From Candidatus Thorarchaeota archaeon (GTDB lineage: Archaea > Asgardarchaeota > Thorarchaeia > Thorarchaeales > Thorarchaeaceae), in assembly GCA_003345595.1 (NCBI GenBank), contig PRDI01000058.1, positions 1-64,000 on the forward strand: DNA of 64,000 nt. Reading direction: 5' to 3'. Every line of letters begins with the position of its first letter. Within the stretch, counting starts at the first letter, position 1. Below the pieces are notes generated by a model. It did no database searches and was not told where the DNA came from. It worked only from the letters and a program-made list of their open reading frames with translations. Shown one piece after another: positions 37,583 through 47,940 of the stretch. Position numbers and translations under genes: made by a program.

Positions 37583-38425
37583 ATGAGGTACGAAGAGAGC
37601 AGCTACACAGGATACGATGGCATGCAGATGTTCATGTCGGTATGGACTCCCGACGACGAACGGCCCCGTGCTCTCATGGTAGCTATTCACGGGCTTGGAA
37701 GTCATGGGTCTGCTCTGACTAACGTCGGCGTCTATCTCAGTGAGCGGGGCATTGCAGTGTTCGCCCCTGACATGAGGGGCTTTGGTCACTATTCGGGACT
37801 GAAGGGGCACGTGATGAACTTCGATGAATACATCGAGGACATCGATAGCGTGGTGACTCAGGTCAAGATGATGCACCCGTCCAAGCTGACCTTCCTGTTT
37901 GGCCACTCGCTGGGGGGTCTTGAAGCGATAAGATATGTCACTACGTATCCCGGCGATGTCGATGGTCTGATTCTATCCTGCCCTGCGGTTTCTGAACATG
38001 TCGAGATCGGGAAGGCAACCAGAGTGGCGGGCTCATTCCTTTCACTACTAAACATTAAGCGATACTTCGGCTGGCCTACCCAGTTCCAGTACGCCTCACA
38101 TGACCCAGACGTCGTTCAGGAGCATGAGAACGACGTGCTTAGGTTTGACAAGGTGACACCCCGACTTGGAATGTCTGCACTGAAAGCTACCCGCAAAGCG
38201 TTCGAGTCTGCATCCGGAATAGTGCTCCCAGTCCTTGTGCAGCAGGCGGGTGACGATGTCTTCGTTATACCTGAGAAGACCAAGTTGTTCTTCGACAGCA
38301 TTGGTGGATGTGACAAGAGCTGGAAATTGTATGAGGGTCTCTATCACGAACTTCACAATGAAAATGCGAGGGAGCAGGTACTTGGCGACATGTACGCATG
38401 GCTTGAGAAGCGCCTGACGGGATAG
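37583..38425 (+). CDS. Alpha/beta hydrolase, lysophospholipase/monoacylglyceride lipase family
   Basis: HGLGSH, DMRGFGHY, GHSLGG (nucleophile), GDD and YHELHNE motifs. Confidence 0.92.
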   Translation: MRYEESSYTGYDGMQMFMSVWTPDDERPRALMVAIHGLGSHGSALTNVGVYLSERGIAVFAPDMRGFGHYSGLKGHVMNFDEYIEDIDSVVTQVKMMHPSKLTFLFGHSLGGLEAIRYVTTYPGDVDGLILSCPAVSEHVEIGKATRVAGSFLSLLNIKRYFGWPTQFQYASHDPDVVQEHENDVLRFDKVTPRLGMSALKATRKAFESASGIVLPVLVQQAGDDVFVIPEKTKLFFDSIGGCDKSWKLYEGLYHELHNENAREQVLGDMYAWLEKRLTG

Positions 38426-38482
38426 TGAGAAATGGGATCCGAAGGTTTTGACAATCTAGTTCGGTCCAAAGAAAGGACGGCT

Positions 38483-41236
38483 CTAGCCTCTGCCGACCAT
38501 GACCGGACGACTGTCATTCATGAATCCTTGTCTTCTCATGACGAGCTTTATGGCTTCTATTGAAAGGAAGGTAAACGCGCAGACACCAAAGACTACTTCC
38601 ACGCCAAGCAACCCGATTGGCACTAGTCCGAATGCGTTGGCTACAGCTGGGATGCTGAACAGCCCTATGGTGAGGGCTGCATTCCCAAATACGGCCAGCC
38701 ATAGCAGACGGTGCGGCCTCACTTCGAATACTGATCGCCTCAAGGAACGACATGTGATTGCCATCACAAGTTCAATGAATACGAACAAGTAGAAGAGCAC
38801 ACTTCTCGCTTCAAGCAACTGAGGGCTGTTCTCCGGCGTGCCCAAGGGCACCATACTGGCGAAGATAAACAGGAAGAGAGGGCTTTGGACCAGAACGGAG
38901 ATCAGATAGAACAGCTTCATATCCTTTGTGAATATGCTCTCCTTGGGACTTCTTGGAGGTCTTTCCATTATGTCGGGGTCTGCCGGGCTCAACCCAAGAG
39001 CGATTGCAGGGAATCCATCGGTGACGAGGTTTATGTAGAGAAGCTGAGCCGGCTCCAGCGGAAGCGGGTACCCCGCTAATATGGCAACTGAGAGCACTAT
39101 AATCTCAATCAGATTTGTCTGCAGTAGATATGCAAGGTACTTCTTGATGTTGTCGTAGATCCACCTTCCTAACTCAATGGCCTTTTCGATTGTTGCGAAG
39201 TTGTCATCTGCAAGTACGAGGTCGGCAGCCTCTTTCGTGACATCGGTCCCTGTGATTCCCATGGCAATACCGATGTCTGCCTGTTTTAGAGCTGGAGCGT
39301 CATTGACGCCATCGCCGGTCATCGCCACGACCTTTCCACGCTTCTTCCATGCTTTTACGATCTTCAGTTTGCGTATCGGCGAAACCCGCGCATAAACGGA
39401 AACATCCTCGACGATCTGTTCAAAGTCTTGATCGTCGATGCGCTCCATATCAGAATCCGTTAGGAACTTGTCACCCTCATTATAGATGCCAACTTCGCGT
39501 GCTATGGCCACAGCAGTCAAAGCATGATCGCCAGTTATCATGATGGGCCTGATTCCCACAGATTTGCATACACTAATCGCCTTGACAGCTTCGGCGCGGG
39601 GCGGATCTATCATGCCAGCCAAACCCAGAAAGACTAGGTCCTTCTCAAGTGTTTCTTCACTCGAGTCATCGATCTGCGGCCCCTCTCGGTATGCCACAGC
39701 CAAGACTCTCAAGGCGCGCCTTGCCATCATCTCATTGGCTTGCAAGATTCTGCCTCTGGAATCGCTTCCCATGTCTTGAATTCCGCCAGATGCAAATTCC
39801 TTGGTGCAACGGTCAAGCACAACCTCCGGTGCTCCCTTGACGAAGACAAGCTTGCCGCCCTTCTCGCTATAATGCATTGTTGTCATGCGTTTTCTCTCGG
39901 AGCTGAAGGGAACCTCCCCTATCCTGGGGAAGGCACTTCTGATTTCGTGCACTTTGTGCCCAGACTTCTCGGCGAGAACAATCAATGCTCCCTCTGTCGG
40001 GTCTCCCCTGATTCTCCATTTTCCATTCTCAATGACGAGGTCTGCATCATTGCACAGAACGCATCCCATGACAAACAACCTGAAACTATCACTGTTCAGG
40101 ACACCGTCCGGGGCCAGAAGTCTGCCTGTGGGCTCATACCCTTCGCCCTCGACCGCCACCGTCGAGTCTGCAGCGTAAACCTCTCTAACAGTCATTTCTC
40201 CTTTCGTGATTGTCCCTGTCTTGTCAGAGCAGATGACAGTGGTGCACCCTAGGGTTTCCACAGCTGACATTCTGCGTACGAGCGCATTGGCATGCGCCAT
40301 TCTATGCATACCTATTGCGAGACTTCCCGTCACGACTGCCGGCAGTGCTTCAGGAACGGCTGCCACTGCAAGAGCTATTCCGAAGAGTATCATTTCGAGG
40401 GCAAAGGCCGGACGGAACAGGCCGTACACTATGAAGTCCCTAAGTAGTCCCACGGCTATTACTGCAACGCATACACCCAGCGAGAGTGCACCAAGCCACT
40501 TGCCAATCTCCTTAGTCCGTTTCTCAAGAGGTGTTTCCTCTTTGTCCACGGTTGTTACTTGGCGCGCGATCTTGCCAAATTCAGTATTCATCCCAGTGGC
40601 AGTTACTACAGCAAGTCCCTTCCCATATGTCACTTCCGTGCCTGAAAGAACCAGATTCTTCCTGTCAGGGAGGGGGGTGTCAGGCTCAATCGTCTCTTCA
40701 GTCTTGGATACGGGCAACGACTCGCCAGTGATTGCTGCCTCGTTCACCTTGATGTTACAGACCTCAATGAGGCGCCCGTCCGCAGGAATCTTGTCCCCCT
40801 CTTTGAGCATGAGGATGTCACCAGGCACAACCTCCTTGGTAGGCACCTCGAGTGCTTGATTGTCACGTAGGACTGTTGTGCAAGGTGTAAGCATCTTCTG
40901 CAGTGCCAAGAGAGCCCTCTCCGCCCTGTATTCTTGCGTGAAGCCCAAGATTGCAGAGATGATAACGATCACCAGAATCAGTAAAGCATCTACGATCTCG
41001 CCGACAAGAAACGAGATCCCAACCGCAATGAGAAGTATGACAACGAGAGTTTCGGTGAACTGTCTGAGAAGTATCCTTAAGGGGCTCTCAGTTTCGGCTC
41101 TCATTAGCTCGTTTGGTCCATACTCTTGCAGTCTTTCAATAGCATCAGCGCGACCAAGACCTGCCCGGCTCGTACTCAGCTTCATCAAGACGGTCTGTGA
41201 ATCTTGAGAGTGCCAAGCCTCTTCCGTTGATGTCAT
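38483..41236 (-). CDS. P-type IIA (Ca2+-transporting-like) ATPase
   Basis: [34 protein letters not shown] and LYINLVTDG motifs. Confidence 0.95.
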   Translation of the reverse strand: MTSTEEAWHSQDSQTVLMKLSTSRAGLGRADAIERLQEYGPNELMRAETESPLRILLRQFTETLVVILLIAVGISFLVGEIVDALLILVIVIISAILGFTQEYRAERALLALQKMLTPCTTVLRDNQALEVPTKEVVPGDILMLKEGDKIPADGRLIEVCNIKVNEAAITGESLPVSKTEETIEPDTPLPDRKNLVLSGTEVTYGKGLAVVTATGMNTEFGKIARQVTTVDKEETPLEKRTKEIGKWLGALSLGVCVAVIAVGLLRDFIVYGLFRPAFALEMILFGIALAVAAVPEALPAVVTGSLAIGMHRMAHANALVRRMSAVETLGCTTVICSDKTGTITKGEMTVREVYAADSTVAVEGEGYEPTGRLLAPDGVLNSDSFRLFVMGCVLCNDADLVIENGKWRIRGDPTEGALIVLAEKSGHKVHEIRSAFPRIGEVPFSSERKRMTTMHYSEKGGKLVFVKGAPEVVLDRCTKEFASGGIQDMGSDSRGRILQANEMMARRALRVLAVAYREGPQIDDSSEETLEKDLVFLGLAGMIDPPRAEAVKAISVCKSVGIRPIMITGDHALTAVAIAREVGIYNEGDKFLTDSDMERIDDQDFEQIVEDVSVYARVSPIRKLKIVKAWKKRGKVVAMTGDGVNDAPALKQADIGIAMGITGTDVTKEAADLVLADDNFATIEKAIELGRWIYDNIKKYLAYLLQTNLIEIIVLSVAILAGYPLPLEPAQLLYINLVTDGFPAIALGLSPADPDIMERPPRSPKESIFTKDMKLFYLISVLVQSPLFLFIFASMVPLGTPENSPQLLEARSVLFYLFVFIELVMAITCRSLRRSVFEVRPHRLLWLAVFGNAALTIGLFSIPAVANAFGLVPIGLLGVEVVFGVCAFTFLSIEAIKLVMRRQGFMNDSRPVMVGRG

Positions 41237-41284
41237 TGCCTCTCACCGGGCCGGCAGCGCGACGTCGGTCACCATGTGGCTTGC

Positions 41285-41423
41285 CTTGACATTCGAGCGA
41301 CCCGACCCTAATGGATCCGGGTGATGTCAAGACGTAGACTTATGGCCGAATGTTGCCAGACGCAGCCTACGGGTTGTCGTGCTGGCACCTGAGCCGACAA
41401 ACAGACGAGATAACTGTTTCGTC
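41285..41423. other. Three consecutive predicted hairpins in a divergent intergenic region (candidate structured RNA)
   Basis: CTTGACAT/ATGTCAAG with inner ACCCG/CGGGT; TGCCAG..CAGCC-TACG-GGTTG..CTGGCA (cUACGg loop); GACGAGAT-AACT-GTTTCGTC. Confidence 0.35.
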
Positions 41424-41514
41424 AGCGGTACTTCTGGGAGATAGTATCCTATGTCGAAAGCATTAAGACCACACTGCGGTTAGTGCTCTGCAGAACACCC
41501 GGAAGCACAACACC

Positions 41515-42126
41515 ATGTCTGAGAAGCCCAAGTACAGCTTCAAGTGTCTGGAGAATGAATGTCCACAGCGAGCCTGCTGTACACGCGAACCGGTGACTGT
41601 GACTCTAGGCGACATTGTTCGATGGAATGAGCAAGATTACCTGTCTCACATTGTTCCCGGAGTGGTCATTCAGATGCCTGAATCAGATACGGATGCTTTG
41701 ATACTTGTGACGGCGCGACGCCAACTGAAGAAAGACGCGAGCAAGACTGCGTGCGTCTTCTATCACGAGGAGTCAAATGCCTGTTCAATCAGATATGCTC
41801 GCCCAATCTCTTGCAGGACATTTCCTCTTCAGTTCGCAGGTGAAAATTTCGTTCTCAGCAACAAAGAGTGTTCTGGCATCGGGAAGGGCGAAGTCGCACG
41901 CGACGCCCTGAAAGAAGCCAGAAACACTGCGGAACTCGAGTTCAAAGAGCGACTGGAAACGGAGAAGACATTGCCCGGCCTCTACACCGTATTCATGAGC
42001 CTCATGTTGCGTCAATCAGCCGAAGCCATGAAGGATCTCTCTGATGAAGATAGGAAACGCATTGACGAGATAATGTCTCGCAGGTCTTCGAGCGAAGAGG
42101 GTCAAGGCGCTGAGAGCGGCGACTAG
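41515..42126 (+). CDS. YkgJ-family (CxxCxxCC) Fe-S/Zn cluster protein
   Basis: FKC...C...CC, CVFY, CSIRYARPISCRTFP and CSGIG motifs. Confidence 0.88.
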   Translation: MSEKPKYSFKCLENECPQRACCTREPVTVTLGDIVRWNEQDYLSHIVPGVVIQMPESDTDALILVTARRQLKKDASKTACVFYHEESNACSIRYARPISCRTFPLQFAGENFVLSNKECSGIGKGEVARDALKEARNTAELEFKERLETEKTLPGLYTVFMSLMLRQSAEAMKDLSDEDRKRIDEIMSRRSSSEEGQGAESGD

Positions 42127-43253
42127 ACATCCATCCTAAACAGTTCTCTTGGAGACCGCGTCAGAGCATCGCACCCTGTTTCCGTGACACTGACCAGGTC
42201 CTCTATCCTTATTCCGAATCTGCCTTCTAGGTAGATTCCAGGCTCAACACTGTGTGTCATACCAGGTTTCAGCTGAAGTGCGTTGCCTTTCACCAAGTAT
42301 GGTGGTTCGTGAACTTGAAGCCCTACTCCATGACCAAGCCTGTGAGTGAAGTACTGCCCGTAGCCGTTTTCCTCGATCAAGCGGCGGGCAATCCCGTCTG
42401 CATCGCTGCAGGTCAAGCCAGGTGAGATTCGATTCAATGCTGCTTGCTCAGCTTGCAGGACAACAGAATAGACATTCTCCTGCTCACTCGTTGGCTCTCC
42501 GGCGACAGCCATTCTGGTGATGTCCGTGTTGTAGCCTCCAACAGAACAGCCGCAGTCAAACAAGACCATATCGCCCCTATGGAGCGTACGATCTCCGGAC
42601 TCGGCGTGTGGGAGGGCTGTGTTCTCGCCGAACTGGACCGTGGTGAAAGTCGGGACTGCCCTGCTCTGAACATCCTCATTGATGACCAGCTGGCTCAGCT
42701 CCAGTTCTGTCATTCCGGCCTGTGCTTGGCTCATAGCCCTAGCAACCGATCCATCTATGATCCTGCTGGCCTCCTTCATAGCAGCTATCTCGTTTCGGTC
42801 CTTGATGATACGCATTGAGTCCAGCTCGCGGGTGAGCGAAGTCCTCTTCGTGACCTTGCCGAGGGCCCTCTCAAGCGACCAATACACTCCCATCGGAAGG
42901 CTGTCGTCGAAGAGCAGCGAGTATCCAGCCTTCCTCGGTCCCGCAATCTTGGCAACCAGCGAGTAAGGGTCATCTGTTTCGTCCCAAGGATGGAACCTCT
43001 TGACCCATGTCAACCGGGACAGGTTCGAGATCTCAAAGCTTGGCGCCACGATTTGTGGCGGCCCGTCTGCCGTAATAACGAGGGCGATGAGACGCTCACG
43101 CATTTCATAGTGGATGCCAGTCAGATACTGGAAGTTAGGGGAGGGAGTCAAGAAAGCGAAGTCCGCCTTTGAATCACGAGTGACGTCCTGTACTCTATTC
43201 ATTCTCTTGGCATACGGAGCCATTGACATGTTCTCTGTGAGCAGATGGCGCAC
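42123..43253 (-). CDS. Xaa-Pro aminopeptidase/prolidase (M24B)
   Basis: PHA, DCG...DITR, HRLGHGVGLQVHE, EPGIY and GIRIED motifs; start may be 43229 or 43223. Confidence 0.93.
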   Translation of the reverse strand: MRHLLTENMSMAPYAKRMNRVQDVTRDSKADFAFLTPSPNFQYLTGIHYEMRERLIALVITADGPPQIVAPSFEISNLSRLTWVKRFHPWDETDDPYSLVAKIAGPRKAGYSLLFDDSLPMGVYWSLERALGKVTKRTSLTRELDSMRIIKDRNEIAAMKEASRIIDGSVARAMSQAQAGMTELELSQLVINEDVQSRAVPTFTTVQFGENTALPHAESGDRTLHRGDMVLFDCGCSVGGYNTDITRMAVAGEPTSEQENVYSVVLQAEQAALNRISPGLTCSDADGIARRLIEENGYGQYFTHRLGHGVGLQVHEPPYLVKGNALQLKPGMTHSVEPGIYLEGRFGIRIEDLVSVTETGCDALTRSPRELFRMDV

Positions 43254-43351
43254 CGATAACTTGTTCGGTGGCGCAGGCGCACCTGACGCTAGCAGAATCA
43301 GAGTTATATAGAGTCAGAAGTCGGCTCGTCTTCAGGACTGCAGGTGACTGA

Positions 43352-44704
43352 ATGTCTGAGCTAGAACCGCCATGTGAGATGCAGAAGCTTCCTGCTAGTG
43401 TCTATGCGGTCGGCTCGCTCACAATGTTCGCTCAGGGACTCTATGGGCCTTTTCTGAATACCTACATTCTCGATATGGGCGCAAACTACGCGGAGCTGGG
43501 TGTCTTCCGGAGCGTCGGCAACATCAGTCCCGCCATACTGCAACCTGCATGGGGCGCCGCGTCAGACAAGCTAGGACACACAAAGGCTTTCGTGGCTTTT
43601 GGGACCATAACCGGGCTGTTCATGGTCTATCTGTTTCTCTGGGCTTGGACGCCGCTAGACATGATAGTGCTCTACGCAATCCAGTGCATCCTGTTCAGTG
43701 TCCAGATTCCTACTTGGTTGTCTCTTGTCGGATGTCTCATGCACGAGTCCAAGAGAGGTTCGGAGCTCGGTCGACTTGGGATGGTGACGAACCTAGCTTC
43801 TCTCGTGGCGACGCTGGTGGCCGGGGCAATAATGGTCTATCCATCAGTAATCCCTGTCTTCAAATCGTTCTGGGGCACCTTCGGAAATGTTCTCTTTCCT
43901 TCAGGACAAGTCTGGAGAGAAGTCTACATAGTTCCATTCTACATGACGGCCATGATAGGGATTGTGGCATCAATCCTTTCACTGAAGATAAATGAGCGAC
44001 CTCGGATGAATGGTGAGAGGCGAGGTTTTCCCCCCGTTCTCAAGCTACTTACGCGGCCCGGGGACTTCCGCAAATTCTGCTTCACTGCTACGTTCTTTTC
44101 ATTTGCAATGTCGATGGCTTGGCCATTCTTCATAGTCGTGCAGCGAGAATGGTTGGGCAATACTCTTTTCGAGATTGCCGTAGCATCGGCAATATCGACG
44201 GTAATGACAGTGGCTATGACCATTCCCTTTGGGCGGCTTAGCGACCGAGTAGGGCGGCGTCCCCTGATTTTCACAGGGAGGTTTCTCTTGTTCTTTGTCC
44301 CATTGTTATATCTCATGGCTACCGATACGTTTCTGATATACGTGTCAAACGCTATTGCAGGCATAGCCACTGCGGCTTCTGTGAATGCGAACACCGCCTA
44401 CATCTATGATGTCGCTCCGGAGGGAGAGAGAGGGTCGCATGTTGCGGTCTACAATACCTTCACAGGTATAGTGTTCCTCTTTGGCTCACTAATATCCGGG
44501 ATAATGGGACAGTTGTTCATAGATACCGGGCTTCTCGGGGCCCACCAATCGGTTTTCACGATGCTTGGGATAAGCACCGTCCTTCGGTTCATAGCCTCGT
44601 TCGTCTACTTGGATTTGAAAGAGCCACGTGTCTATCATTCGACCATCTGGGCTGAGTTCCGGGCTTTGGTCCATAGGCGACGCCATGACTCCGAAACGCC
44701 GTGA
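43352..44704 (+). CDS. MFS transporter
   Basis: WGAASDKLG and FGRLSDRVGRRP (motif A); 12 TM. Confidence 0.92.
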   Translation: MSELEPPCEMQKLPASVYAVGSLTMFAQGLYGPFLNTYILDMGANYAELGVFRSVGNISPAILQPAWGAASDKLGHTKAFVAFGTITGLFMVYLFLWAWTPLDMIVLYAIQCILFSVQIPTWLSLVGCLMHESKRGSELGRLGMVTNLASLVATLVAGAIMVYPSVIPVFKSFWGTFGNVLFPSGQVWREVYIVPFYMTAMIGIVASILSLKINERPRMNGERRGFPPVLKLLTRPGDFRKFCFTATFFSFAMSMAWPFFIVVQREWLGNTLFEIAVASAISTVMTVAMTIPFGRLSDRVGRRPLIFTGRFLLFFVPLLYLMATDTFLIYVSNAIAGIATAASVNANTAYIYDVAPEGERGSHVAVYNTFTGIVFLFGSLISGIMGQLFIDTGLLGAHQSVFTMLGISTVLRFIASFVYLDLKEPRVYHSTIWAEFRALVHRRRHDSETP

Positions 44705-44777
44705 TTCTTCTGTTATAGACAGGCTTAAGGATGCGGTCCCATTCACCTGAGTCTGCACTCTGAGAGGACTGCAATTC

Positions 44778-45131
44778 TTGAGGAATGATCCGAGCTTCGA
44801 GGAAGGCTGGAAAATCGAGATGAGAAGAGGCCTCCTGGAGTATGCGGTCCTCGCAATAGTGAAGCGGCATCAAGAGGGTATACACGGTTATGGCATTGCA
44901 AGGGAACTTGAGGAGAAGACGGATGGGCTGCTTGAAGTGAAGGAGGGAACGCTCTACCCCATTCTGCACAGGTTACGAGAGGACAGACTTCTCAACGTTA
45001 GGGCTGAGAGGTCGGACACAGGACCGAGTCGAAAAGTGTATGTGCTTACGGGTGAGGGTGACCGCGTCTATCGTGAGCTCTCTTTCATGCTTGCTAGGAT
45101 GTATGAGAAGCTGGAGGCATTGTCTCGATGA
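44778..45131 (+). CDS. PadR-family transcriptional regulator
   Basis: RRGLLEYAVL, HGYGI, GTLYPILHRL and RKVYVLTGEG motifs. Confidence 0.93.
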   Translation: MRNDPSFEEGWKIEMRRGLLEYAVLAIVKRHQEGIHGYGIARELEEKTDGLLEVKEGTLYPILHRLREDRLLNVRAERSDTGPSRKVYVLTGEGDRVYRELSFMLARMYEKLEALSR

Positions 45132-45586
45132 GCGAGCGAAACGTCGAAGACGTGATAGGCGACTATGTGAAGAGAACCCGGAAGGTCTTGCCCAAGGGGC
45201 GAGAAGCCGAAGATTTACTGGATGATCTCAGGAATCACATTCTCGATTCACTCGCCGACAAGAGTGAACAGAAACCCGGAGTCAGCCAGCTGGAATTGGT
45301 TGGAGAGGTCCTGAAAGAACTTGGCGATCCGGAGGACATAGCTCGTGAGTTCGAGTCGACACACCCGGAGGAACCGGCTACGAGAAGACGCAAGACGATC
45401 AGGCTCGTTGCGAGACTAGTGTTTGCAATAGCGGTCGTAATTGTCGCTGCAGCTGTGGTTTCCAGTGTTCCACTTGGACAGCAGGAAGAGCCCTCAGTGG
45501 ACTTCTTCACTGCCTTTATCGTTCTAATGGTGTTTGCGGTTGCAGAGTGGTATGTCAGAGCGTGGCAGACTAGATCTGTAGATTAG
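45128..45586 (+). CDS. HAAS-domain membrane protein (PadR partner)
   Basis: DLRNHILD...VLKELGDPEDIAREF followed by 2 TM; ATGA overlap with padR. Confidence 0.82.
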   Translation: MSERNVEDVIGDYVKRTRKVLPKGREAEDLLDDLRNHILDSLADKSEQKPGVSQLELVGEVLKELGDPEDIAREFESTHPEEPATRRRKTIRLVARLVFAIAVVIVAAAVVSSVPLGQQEEPSVDFFTAFIVLMVFAVAEWYVRAWQTRSVD

Positions 45587-45694
45587 CCCTTTGCACTGTG
45601 CTTTCACACCTTGGCTCTCTGCAAGCCACGCACCACTCTGTGTCAAGCCTGTAACACACACAAACAAATGCTTGCTGTGACCTCGTCGCAGAGC

Positions 45695-45792
45695 GAGTGG
45701 AGGCTTCACTAGGGATTCACTAGTTCTAGAGCACCCTCAGTAACTCCTCGACACCCCTCCCTACCTATTTTGACAGCGTGAAACCTCCACTC
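45695..45792 (-). repeat. 15-bp inverted repeat enclosing a second stem
   Basis: GAGTGGAGGCTTCAC (45695-45709) pairs with GTGAAACCTCCACTC (45778-45792); the one mismatch is a G-U pair on the minus strand; inner TAGGGA/TCCCTA. Confidence 0.55.
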
Positions 45793-45882
45793 CTCCTTTA
45801 CTCACAACCGAGCTGATTGGGCACAAACACCTTGGTCATGGCAGGCAGTCCTGCGCGGCTGGATCAAGGTGTCGTGAGAGTA

Positions 45883-46482
45883 TCAGAACTCGACCGTGTG
45901 TATCTGGTAGAAGTCCTTAGGATGATCACATGCAGGACACTTCTCGGGCGGACTAGTTCCTTCGTGGATGTAGCCACAGTTCGAACACCGCCACTTAACC
46001 TTGGTTTCACGCTTGAACACGCGACCTTTGGCTATGTTGTCAGCCAGCATCGTGTAGCGCTGCTCATGCCATGACTCCGCTTTCGCAATAGCCTTCCATA
46101 CTGCGGCAATCTGCGTGAACCCTTCTTTCTCCGCAGTTTCCGCAAAATTGGGATAGATTTGCGAGGTTTCCAAATGCTCTCCTGCGGCGGCAGCCCGAAG
46201 GTTCTGCTCGGTCGTACCGAGCGGCCCTGTCGGGTACTCCGCTTCAATCTTGACCATAGCGCCAGTCTTGTTGTCTTGAAGCAGCTTGAAGAATCGGGAC
46301 GCATGCTCTCTCTCTTGGCCCGCTGTTTCCTCGAAGATGGCCGATATCTGGATGAACCCCTCCTTCTTCGCTGTGCTTGCATAGTAAGTGTAGCGGTTCC
46401 GAGCCTGCGACTCGCCAGCGAAAGAAGCTAGGAGATTCTTCTCAGTCTTTGATCCTTTCAGTTCCACTTTGATTGCCTCCAT
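45883..46482 (-). CDS. rbr: Rubrerythrin
   Basis: FAGESQARNRY, EREHA, GEHLE and ESWHE di-iron motifs; C-terminal WRCSNCGY...CPAC. Confidence 0.96.
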   Translation of the reverse strand: MEAIKVELKGSKTEKNLLASFAGESQARNRYTYYASTAKKEGFIQISAIFEETAGQEREHASRFFKLLQDNKTGAMVKIEAEYPTGPLGTTEQNLRAAAAGEHLETSQIYPNFAETAEKEGFTQIAAVWKAIAKAESWHEQRYTMLADNIAKGRVFKRETKVKWRCSNCGYIHEGTSPPEKCPACDHPKDFYQIHTVEF

Positions 46483-46612
46483 TCGTCCCCCAACAAACGT
46501 ACTCGCCAGCTGTGAATGCGTGTTTTCGGGGACAGAATGCGGCCGGCTGACAAACGTTCGCTATTAAGTATGACCGTACAGCACAATCGCAATCCTAGAA
46601 AGTGCGAGCCTG

Positions 46613-47809
46613 TTATAGGCGAACCTTTGCAGCGATGGTTTCCGCAAGACGCTTGCAGTCTTCCAGTTCTTGACTTGTAGGCCTACCATGCACGTCGATT
46701 GTGGGCTCCAGAACCTCGAACTTTAGGTCTTCGAACTTGTCTTTCAGCCGCTTAACACCGCCGCCTCCCCATCCGAAGGTGCCGAACAGACCAATCGGTC
46801 TTTTGGCAAATCTCTTTCCTTCCATCTCGTCAACGAAAGCCCAGACTCTCGGAAATGGATACGCATCATAGGTTGGAGTGCCGATGGCTATGACGCCCGC
46901 CCGCAAGCTATCGGTGACGACCTTGCTCATGTCTGAGTAGGAGAGGTTATGGATCTTGACCGGGACTGAAAGATTCTCAAGTTCTCTCTTGAGTGTCATG
47001 GCAACCCTCTGAGTAAAACCATACATTGTTCCGTATATGATCGTGCATCCCTTCTCAAGATCGGGTGAACTCCACTCTGAATACCGATTGATGATCCACG
47101 TCGGATCCCTGCGGTACACCGGGCCGTGACTAGGAGCGACCATCTTCAGATCAATGCCCAGTCCAGTGACCTTGGCAATAGCTTGCTGTATGAACTTGAG
47201 GTAACTAGTGATTATCACTGAGAGATACCTCCTGCTCTCGGACTCCACCATACGCATGTCGATTTCGTCGTCAAAGTGGTTTCCATTCAGTGCACCGAAC
47301 GAACCGAACGCGTCACAGGAGAACAGAATATGGTCTTGCATGTCGTAGGTCATCATGGTTTCAGGCCAGTGTAGAAACTGGGTGTGCAAAAACTTCAAGG
47401 TACGCTTACCGAGGGATAGTTCCTCCAGATCGGTGACTGTCTTCTCCCTCAGTCTGACATCGTAGAATGACTTCTGCATATCTGATGCCTTGGGCGTGTA
47501 GATCATGGTCGCGTTTTCCGCAAGCTTGGCGATGTGAGGAAGCGCACCAGTGTGGTCTGGCTCCATGTGATTCATGATGATGTAGTCAATCTTGGCTGGG
47601 TCCACTACCTCTCTTATGTTGCCGATCCATTCGTCTGCCCAAGGTTCCTTGACGCACTCAATCAAGGCTATCTTGTCATCGACGATTAGGTAGCTATTGT
47701 ATGATACGCCGTGAGGGAGTGCCCAAAGGTTCTCGAAAAGAACTGTGTGGTGGTCATCTACGCCAACATAGTATACACCTTTGACAATCTCTCGATTCAC
47801 ATGATTCAC
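46613..47809 (-). CDS. fprA: Flavodiiron protein (FprA/type A flavoprotein)
   Basis: SYNSYL, NHMEPDH, HWPE, SCDAFG and PSHG motifs; flavodoxin domain TMYGFT. Confidence 0.95.
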   Translation of the reverse strand: MNHVNREIVKGVYYVGVDDHHTVLFENLWALPHGVSYNSYLIVDDKIALIECVKEPWADEWIGNIREVVDPAKIDYIIMNHMEPDHTGALPHIAKLAENATMIYTPKASDMQKSFYDVRLREKTVTDLEELSLGKRTLKFLHTQFLHWPETMMTYDMQDHILFSCDAFGSFGALNGNHFDDEIDMRMVESESRRYLSVIITSYLKFIQQAIAKVTGLGIDLKMVAPSHGPVYRRDPTWIINRYSEWSSPDLEKGCTIIYGTMYGFTQRVAMTLKRELENLSVPVKIHNLSYSDMSKVVTDSLRAGVIAIGTPTYDAYPFPRVWAFVDEMEGKRFAKRPIGLFGTFGWGGGGVKRLKDKFEDLKFEVLEPTIDVHGRPTSQELEDCKRLAETIAAKVRL

Positions 47810-47940
47810 CTACGAGTAAGTCACGGTCTGAATCCCTCATAAAAGCTACACGGCGTGGCAAAGAGAGCCAGGAACAGTGAGGGCCGGGTCGTGCCGCAGT
47901 CCAATAAGGGATAAGTGCATGCGTTGCTTGTCAGTGTCAC

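Noticed and set aside
37306-37722. 138-aa ORF as a functional MetRS or a metG-lipase fusion
   Set aside because: The catalytic motifs are eroded, most of the enzyme is absent, and the lipase is in a different frame.
41240-41460. yybP-ykoY (Mn2+) riboswitch upstream of the P-type ATPase
   Set aside because: The context fits, but I could not find the conserved GGGGAGUA and partner loop sequences on the minus strand.
45587-45640. Minus-strand GAGCC...GTGTGAAAGCAC resembling group II intron domain V
   Set aside because: The lower stem and bulge geometry do not fit, and there is no RT/maturase or interrupted gene.
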